In this document: positions 57,701-64,000 of the stretch, piece after piece
Numbering within the stretch: position 1 is the stretch's first letter
How the letters are laid out: every line of letters begins with the position of its first letter
Source: Paraspadella gotoi
Lineage: Eukaryota; Animalia; Chaetognatha
DNA length: 64,000 nucleotides
Direction of reading: 5' to 3'
Assembly (NCBI GenBank): GCA_051294375.1
Contig: CM119263.1
Location: 31,844,750-31,908,749 of the forward strand
Notes under the pieces: model-generated
Told to the model about the DNA's origin: nothing
Seen by the model: only the letters and a program-made list of their open reading frames with translations
Database searches by the model: none
Translations under genes and position numbers: made by a program

Positions 57701-59903
57701 ATATAATTTTAAACGAACCGACCCATTTCACTGGGCTAATTGTGGCATTTTTCTCTCTTTTTCTTTCAGTCATGGGTCGTCCGCACAGCATCGTGCACAC
57801 CCTGATTACGTGGAGCGCCCGGCGCGCCGCACGCACGCGGAGAGAAAAGATCCGTCACTACCGCCGAAAAGAACAGGGTATCCAGCGGCTAGAGTGCCTG
57901 TCTCACAGCCTCAAGGGACTGCTCAAGTCGAGTCGGGAATTGCGAGGCCCTCTCTGGCAACGTTTTGGCGTCCAGTATCGTAGTTCCAGCGTGTTCGTCT
58001 TGCCAGCCGTTCGGTTACAGATCACTTGTGCGTGGACCTGGTTGAAGCGAGAAATTCATCGGAAGAGGCTACTTCAAACTCTCGATCTCTTGTACGTCCG
58101 TAGGCAGTTCATTTTCAAACCCGCAAAGAGAGTCGAGGTCCCTGTTGTTGTGTTGGATGGATTTCCTTGCGTGTACAATCAGTGTCCGCCCAAGTTGCTG
58201 GGTCCGGAGCGCGATCTTTTCGAGAAAGCGCTCCGCTATGTCGGTGATATTGTGGGCGACTGGGCTCCGATGGACCTAATATCTAGTATCTAATACCTAG
58301 TATCTAAGCAGGATCTCGAGGGGGCCGTCGTTCGCTTGCGCAGGCGTCAGTCTGCCCCTGGCATGTCTTGTGGTACTTATCCTTGTCTGGGTGAAATCTT
58401 GGCACAAGACCCTTCGCTCTACGAGGAATGGGTGCTCGCCTTAAAGTCTCTGTTGGATTTTACGGAAGCTAACCTTGACGAGTACACCGGGCGTGTCAAG
58501 AAGCCTCCCCGAGATATTTGGCCTGCGGAGGCGAGCCGTGTCAAAGTGGTGTTGCTTTCCCAAGGACGATCCTGGAAACCCTGACCCTTCGCGATGGCGC
58601 CCGATATCTCTTCTTGAGGTGCGAGGTCGTTGATTACCTCAAAGCCCTCGGGACCCTGCAACCAGGGGGAAGTTCTGAACTCTTCCTACGCTATCTCGTC
58701 TATTGGATACAGCAGGCTAGCTTCGAGCGCATGGCGCTGATGGTAGTTTTCCTGGATGTGAGAAATGGGTTCCCATCTATTCCTCAAGATCGTTCGGTGC
58801 ACGACCTCCGTGCAATGGGTTTAGAGAAGCGGTCGGCTTCCGGGCTCGCCTGCATCTCTCAGGACATAAGCATGTGCCTCGACAAGGATCGCGTTATGCA
58901 GACAAGTGGGCCTCTGTCAGGGTGCTTCTCCGTCTCCAGAGTGCTTCTGTCTGACTGAAAGCGTTCCGGTTATAGCCTCGGTTCCAGAAAAGGACGATGG
59001 GTTATGTTGTATGTACGTGGATGATACGCAAAGTACCTCGGTGCTCTCATCTGGCCAGTCAACAGATGTGTGTATAATGCTTCCGGGGTTCTCTGGGGAC
59101 CATATGCCGGGGACGCATTTATATCTAAAATGGGCAATCTGTGGTAACACGCGATCAAAGAGACTGCCGGTTTACCTCTTCAGGTGACCGTCCAACGGTT
59201 TAGCGAGATTCTGCCCAAAGTGACGCACGAGTGGGCCGCGGCCGGTCCCCTCACGGATAAGGCATTGACGCGAATTGACGCGAATCTGAGACGTCTCGTA
59301 CGTGAGACCATTCCCAAGCTCTCAGGCTACCTTGGTAACAAACTGCCTATGTGGTGGGTTCACCTGCCTCAACGGCAATGCGTAATCATGAACAGGTTCA
59401 GGTCCGCGGCCTTGATGCTGAATCTGCCTGCTATGACGGGGCAACCCGACTGGAATTCTAGCGGGGTACTCCTCGAGAGTGCCTTTATGGATTATGCGCT
59501 CGCCTTGGAGGAATACCTTCATTCTTGGGTCGTTGCTGGGTCTTCCTATCCTTGTCTGACCTCATCAAAAAATGTGGGCATATTTTGGGTAGTCCCTTTG
59601 GAACTCCTGAACGATGGTGCGATGACGATCACGGTGGATAGGCTTCGGGCGAACGCCAATGTGAGCCAATTTGTGGGCGTCATCTCGTGCCTCACGGTGC
59701 TCGGGGCGCGGGTACGACCTGGATGTCTGGAATTTGTGGGTGATGGAGGATACACGTCTGCAGGAGCAAGGAAGAGGTCGTTTCTCTAGCCAAGGGGCGT
59801 CTCAACCGAGAGATGCCCCACGCTATTGGGGCCAGCAAAGACCCCGGGGTTAGAGAGGCCTCCCCGCTTGTGGGGAACGCGAGAGAGGGTTTTACGTGTA
59901 TAC

Positions 59904-60518
59904 TAAGGCATAGTAAAATTCTTAAGTTTAACTTTAATTAAAATTCTATAAGTGAAAAACAAACAACATTATACTTATGAACATTTATGTATAAAAAAAA
60001 TTTTTTAATAAATTTTACAATTTACGCAGTAGGCCATATTTATACTAGTACTAAACTAATAAATGTTTAAATTTCAAAACAGTTTTTTCTGAGATTTGTT
60101 TGCAGATTTGGATTCGTCATAAAAAGTTGATGTAAAGAAATATAACTCTTTTTGAAAAATTCCTTCATTAAGTGGGTCAAAATTTAAAAAATCTATATTT
60201 TAATCTGAAAATTAAATTTTTATATATTAAATATAGTTTTTTCAATTTTTATCCCACTTAATGAATTTTTAAAAATGATTTATATTTTCTTTTATCAACT
60301 TTTGATGAGGAATTTAAATCTGCAATCAAAATTAAGAAAAGCCTATTTTGAAATTTTTCGATTTTATAAGGATAGTACTATATATATAGTACTATAGTAC
60401 TATATATATATATAATATAGCCTACTGCGAAAATTAAAAAACAAATTAATGTTCATTGATGGTATGTTGTTCATAATTGACTTTTAGAATTTTTGTATGT
60501 AACTTTCACTACGCCTTA
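59904..60518. mobile_element. hAT-type MITE, 615 bp, inserted in retroelement copy B
   Basis: TAAGGCATAGT / ACTACGCCTTA ends with a perfect 8-bp TSD gtgtatac (59896-59903, 60519-60526). Confidence 0.88.
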
Positions 60519-62077
60519 GTGTATACGTGACCCCTCTTTACTGAATCCAAAGGGTATGGGCCAACTGCTCGAGGCCCAATTGACTCTGGTAGCGCGGGCC
60601 ATAATGGGGAAGTGCATATTCGTTGGGGAAGGGATGAGCCCGACACAGGCAATCGCCGACGCCGGCTCAAAGTCCGCTCGATCACGTCTCTGTCTGGCTT
60701 GCAGCGCGGCAGGCGCCCGCTTGACCATCTCCGGCCACGTCTATGGAGGACCGCCAAGCCGTGGTGGTGTTTGTCCGTCTACTCGTCAGCTTGTGATGAG
60801 GCGTCACTTGGACCTGGCGGAGCTGGTTGCCAAGTATGTTTCAGAAATAGGGCCCTCGCGGTACTCGCGTCAACACCAACCTTATGGTCTCGAAGTCCTG
60901 ATCAACCTCGACCCAAACGGATTTCACAATGGGCTCCTGGGCCCCTCTCCATCACATCTTCTTATCCCCGACTCCATCGTGGAATGTCGCCGTGCAGAAG
61001 CCGTGGTTGTGTCCGGCCTCACAGCGACGATCGTCGAAGCAATTTAACGAGCGACGGAGAGGTGGTCCAGCGCAAGCGTGATCAACTGCAAGCTTATACG
61101 TTCCGTCTCTCCATCACAGCTACCATTCCCAAGAAAGGCTGGCCCTCGGTCATCTTATATATTAAATATAGTTTTTTCAGTTTTTATCCCCTTAATGAAC
61201 GAATTTTAAAAAATGATTTATATTTTCTTTTATCAACTTTTGATGAGGAATTTAAATCTGCAATCAAAATTAAGAAAAGCCTATTTTGAAATTTTTCGAT
61301 TTTATAAGGATAGTACTATATATATAAATATAGCCTACTGCGAAAATTAAAAAACAAATTAATGTTCATTGATGGTATGTTGTTCATAATTGACTTTTAG
61401 AATTTTTGTATGTAACTTTCACTACGCCTTAGTGTATACGTGACCCCTCTTTACTGAATCCCAAGGGTATGGGCCAACTGCTCGAGGCCCAATTGACTCT
61501 GGTAGTGCGGGCTAAGCATCAGCCCATAATGGGGAAGTGCGTATTCGTTGGGGAAGGGATGAGCCCGGCACAGGCAATCGCCAACGCCGGCTCAAAGTCC
61601 GCTCGATCACGTCTCTGTCTGGCTTGCGGCGCGGTGGGTGCCCGCTTGACCATCTCCGGCCACGTCTATGGAGGACCGCCAAGCCGTGGTGGTGTTTGTC
61701 CGTCTACTCGTCAGCTTGTGATGAGGCGTCACTTGGACCTGGCGGAGCTGGTTGCCAAGTACGTTTCAGAAATAGGGCCCTCGCGGTACCCGCGTCAACA
61801 CCAATCTTATGGTCTCGAAGTCCCGATCAACCTCGACCCAAACGGATTTCGCAATGGGCTCCTGGGCCCCTCTCCATCACGTCCTCTCATCCCAACTCCG
61901 TCATGGAACATCGCCGTGCGGAAGCCGTGGTTGTGTCCGGCCCCAGCGACGATCGTCGAAGCAATTTAACGAGCGACGGAGAGGTGGTCCAGCGCAAGCG
62001 TGATCAACTGCAAGCTTATACGTCCCGTCTCCAACGCAGCTACCATTCCCAAGAAAGGCTGGCCCTCGGTCATCTTA
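60221..62077 (+). repeat. ~930-bp direct tandem duplication (3' part of MITE plus RLE domain)
   Basis: 60221-61155 is repeated as 61156-62077; the junction ggtcatct-TAT-atattaaat shows a short microhomology. Confidence 0.85.
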
Positions 62078-64000
62078 TGGAGGAAAGTTGGGCGCGATTC
62101 TATCGTTGGAAGGGTGATCCGCAGCCAAGGGAAGACGCAGGTATACCTGGCTCACGCCGAGTCCCAGACCGTCCTCGCTCGATCATTTCGGTGTTCCAGC
62201 GTTGCAGCAAAGTTTCTAAGGAATGCATTGTCTCTCATATTTGAGCGTCAAGTCCGAAGAGGGGCTCCGCCGAGCCTTCAACAACGTCGCGGAAGCAGAA
62301 CTCTGCCTTTTGCCATCGGGAAAGCGAATCCGTCCACCACCTTCTCCGCCTCCTGCAACCTCAACACGCGTCTCTCGTGGTCCATCGGCAAAGTAGGCAG
62401 CGCGCGAGGTCCTCATCTCATGGCCAGCCAACGTCCCAATGGCCTTTGTCAGTGAACCGGGAATACTGCGCGTCCAGGGTCTCCTCGCGGTCCTCGACCC
62501 CCTGGGCACGTGGTACCCAACGTCGGTCAAATCCTTCCGCTGCAGAACCGGGAGGAATCCCCCAAGAACATCGGTGCCAAGATCCTCTTCTACGTGGGAC
62601 GAATGCGGCGGGCATGGAGGAGCGCTATAAGGCGCAAACAAGCGTTCCGGTAAAGTGATATCCAGGTAAAGATCAAAGACGATTGGGGTGGGGGTAGGGT
62701 GGGTATTTATTGTTATTTATTGTTGTTATTGCATGAAATGACGGGGGCCGATGATGAAAAGCTTGCATATAATGACGCCGCTCATGGATGTTTCCCATAT
62801 GTAACAACTCTGAGGCCCCGACATTTAGCTAGTCTTTAGCTATTTGTTACAACGCCCAGGAGAGGCAGGCAGGCATGCAGGCAGGCAGTCGGAAAGCTCC
62901 CTCTTACAAAGGGCGGGGCAGCTAGATACCTTATAAAGTCAGTTTAGTCAGTATCTTCCCTCTTGACTCTTCTACCCCCTCTCCCGATAGGTTTAGGGGT
63001 ATATATAATCCTTTCTTCATTCTTCCCTTTCTTCCCTTCCTCCTTCCTCGCAGGAACGAAAGGAAAAAGGACCTCATCGACGATGGGGATCCGAAAGATG
63101 GTAGGCAGAGTGAATGGAGACCACTCAACCGGCGACTCCTGAGGCCTTGACTGGCGAGAGTAGCACCCCCGTGGCTAGATGTTCATGGGATAGCCCGGGA
63201 TGCTGTTCTTGAATAGACGGGGAGGATAACGTCACTGGGCCGGTGTTTAAGGCGGGGCAATGGAAACTCAACCCGAGCCAACCCCCCTTGCTCACGGTGC
63301 CCGATAGAGACCGCCTTCCTTCCCGCCAGGCGTTGGCCAAAGGAGCCTAAAAACAGTCTTATCTAGCGCTGGCTCAGTCGACTATCGACTCGATACCTTC
63401 CTCCGCTCATTGTGTCGCACGGGTGTCACCAACGTCTCCCCTTCAATGCCGCCTCTCGACGATGTAGGTATTGAATGGCCCACGGTCGGACTGCGGCCCC
63501 CTTCAATGGCGGTCTTCTCTGCCAAGGAGTTGACACCATCGAGGGAAAGGGGACCCGACGCGCCTGTGGATCCATATCTGGGGAGCAACCAATCCTCTTC
63601 ATAGAGGGTAATGACCGGTGCCCACGTCCGGCCTATGGGCATAAAGGAGGCAAGGCCGTCGAGGAACCGATTCCATCGACCGCTGACGTTTGGATATCCG
63701 AGTCCTCTTGGATCGCCGAGTAAGACACCCGGAGAGGACCCGGTAGGAATTGACGGACGAACGGGTGACTCGGGCCGGGGCTATCAGATCTCTCACCTTC
63801 TCCTGTCGCAGGTTCGCCCCCTTCTGGAGGGGCACAGGCGCAGGGTCGGATCGGGAGTGACTCGCCTTCTCCCCTCTTTGGTTGATCGAAACCTGCCCAT
63901 AACGGACGGGTGGAGATGCCCCAACCTGTGGGGGATTGCTGGAGTCCAAGATCACGCGCGATACCCTTGGTAAGGGGAAGCTTTGCAGGGCGTATGGAAA

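Larger units (their letters stand above)
57740..62282 (+). mobile_element. Decayed RLE-type non-LTR retrotransposon, copy B (R2/NeSL/R4/CRE group)
   Basis: ATG at 57772. RT motifs in order across frameshifts: PKDDPGNPDPSRWRPISLL (58559-58615), VVFLDVRNGFPSIP (~58741-58783), GLCQGASPSPECF (~58909-58947), YVDD (59014-59025). Then thumb RIDANLRRLVR…WVHLP, CLAC…H…C…RH knuckle and IPD endonuclease-like motif (~60690-60990). No APE domain seen. Confidence 0.85.

Noticed and set aside
54903-59755. Minus-strand ORFs in the GC-rich block
   Set aside because: All recognisable RT and endonuclease motifs are on the plus strand; these are antisense shadows.
62478-62540. HDV-like ribozyme suggested by CTCCTCGCGG
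   Set aside because: I could not find matching P1 and P2 partners, and it is not at the 5' end of the retroelement.

Overview
AT-rich animal (probably invertebrate) genomic scaffold with short spliceosomal introns. No prokaryotic system, rRNA gene or CRISPR array is visible. Bases 5.6-19.6 kb hold two intact head-to-head genes: PIP4K2 (PI5P 4-kinase type II, minus strand, 11 coding exons, ~440 aa) and CFAP20DC/C3orf67 (plus strand, 8 coding exons, ~959 aa), with an RFX X-box-like motif between them. Introns and intergenic DNA contain non-autonomous elements: hAT-type MITEs with 8-bp TSDs, a TA-flanked MITE, DINE-1/HINE-like Helentron derivatives and Penelope-like hammerhead remnants. Bases ~23-46 kb are fold-back, indel-rich copies of the 14.7-23 kb region plus N gaps and scrambled sequence, most likely long-read gap-filling artefact. 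Bases 54-64 kb hold an intron-containing hATm-like transposase remnant and two tandem decayed copies of a divergent RLE-type (R2/NeSL/R4/CRE group) non-LTR retrotransposon whose ORF starts directly behind a strong splice acceptor. Unidentified GC-rich decayed ORFs follow. All calls come from reading the sequence by eye; family names rest on recalled motifs, not database searches.
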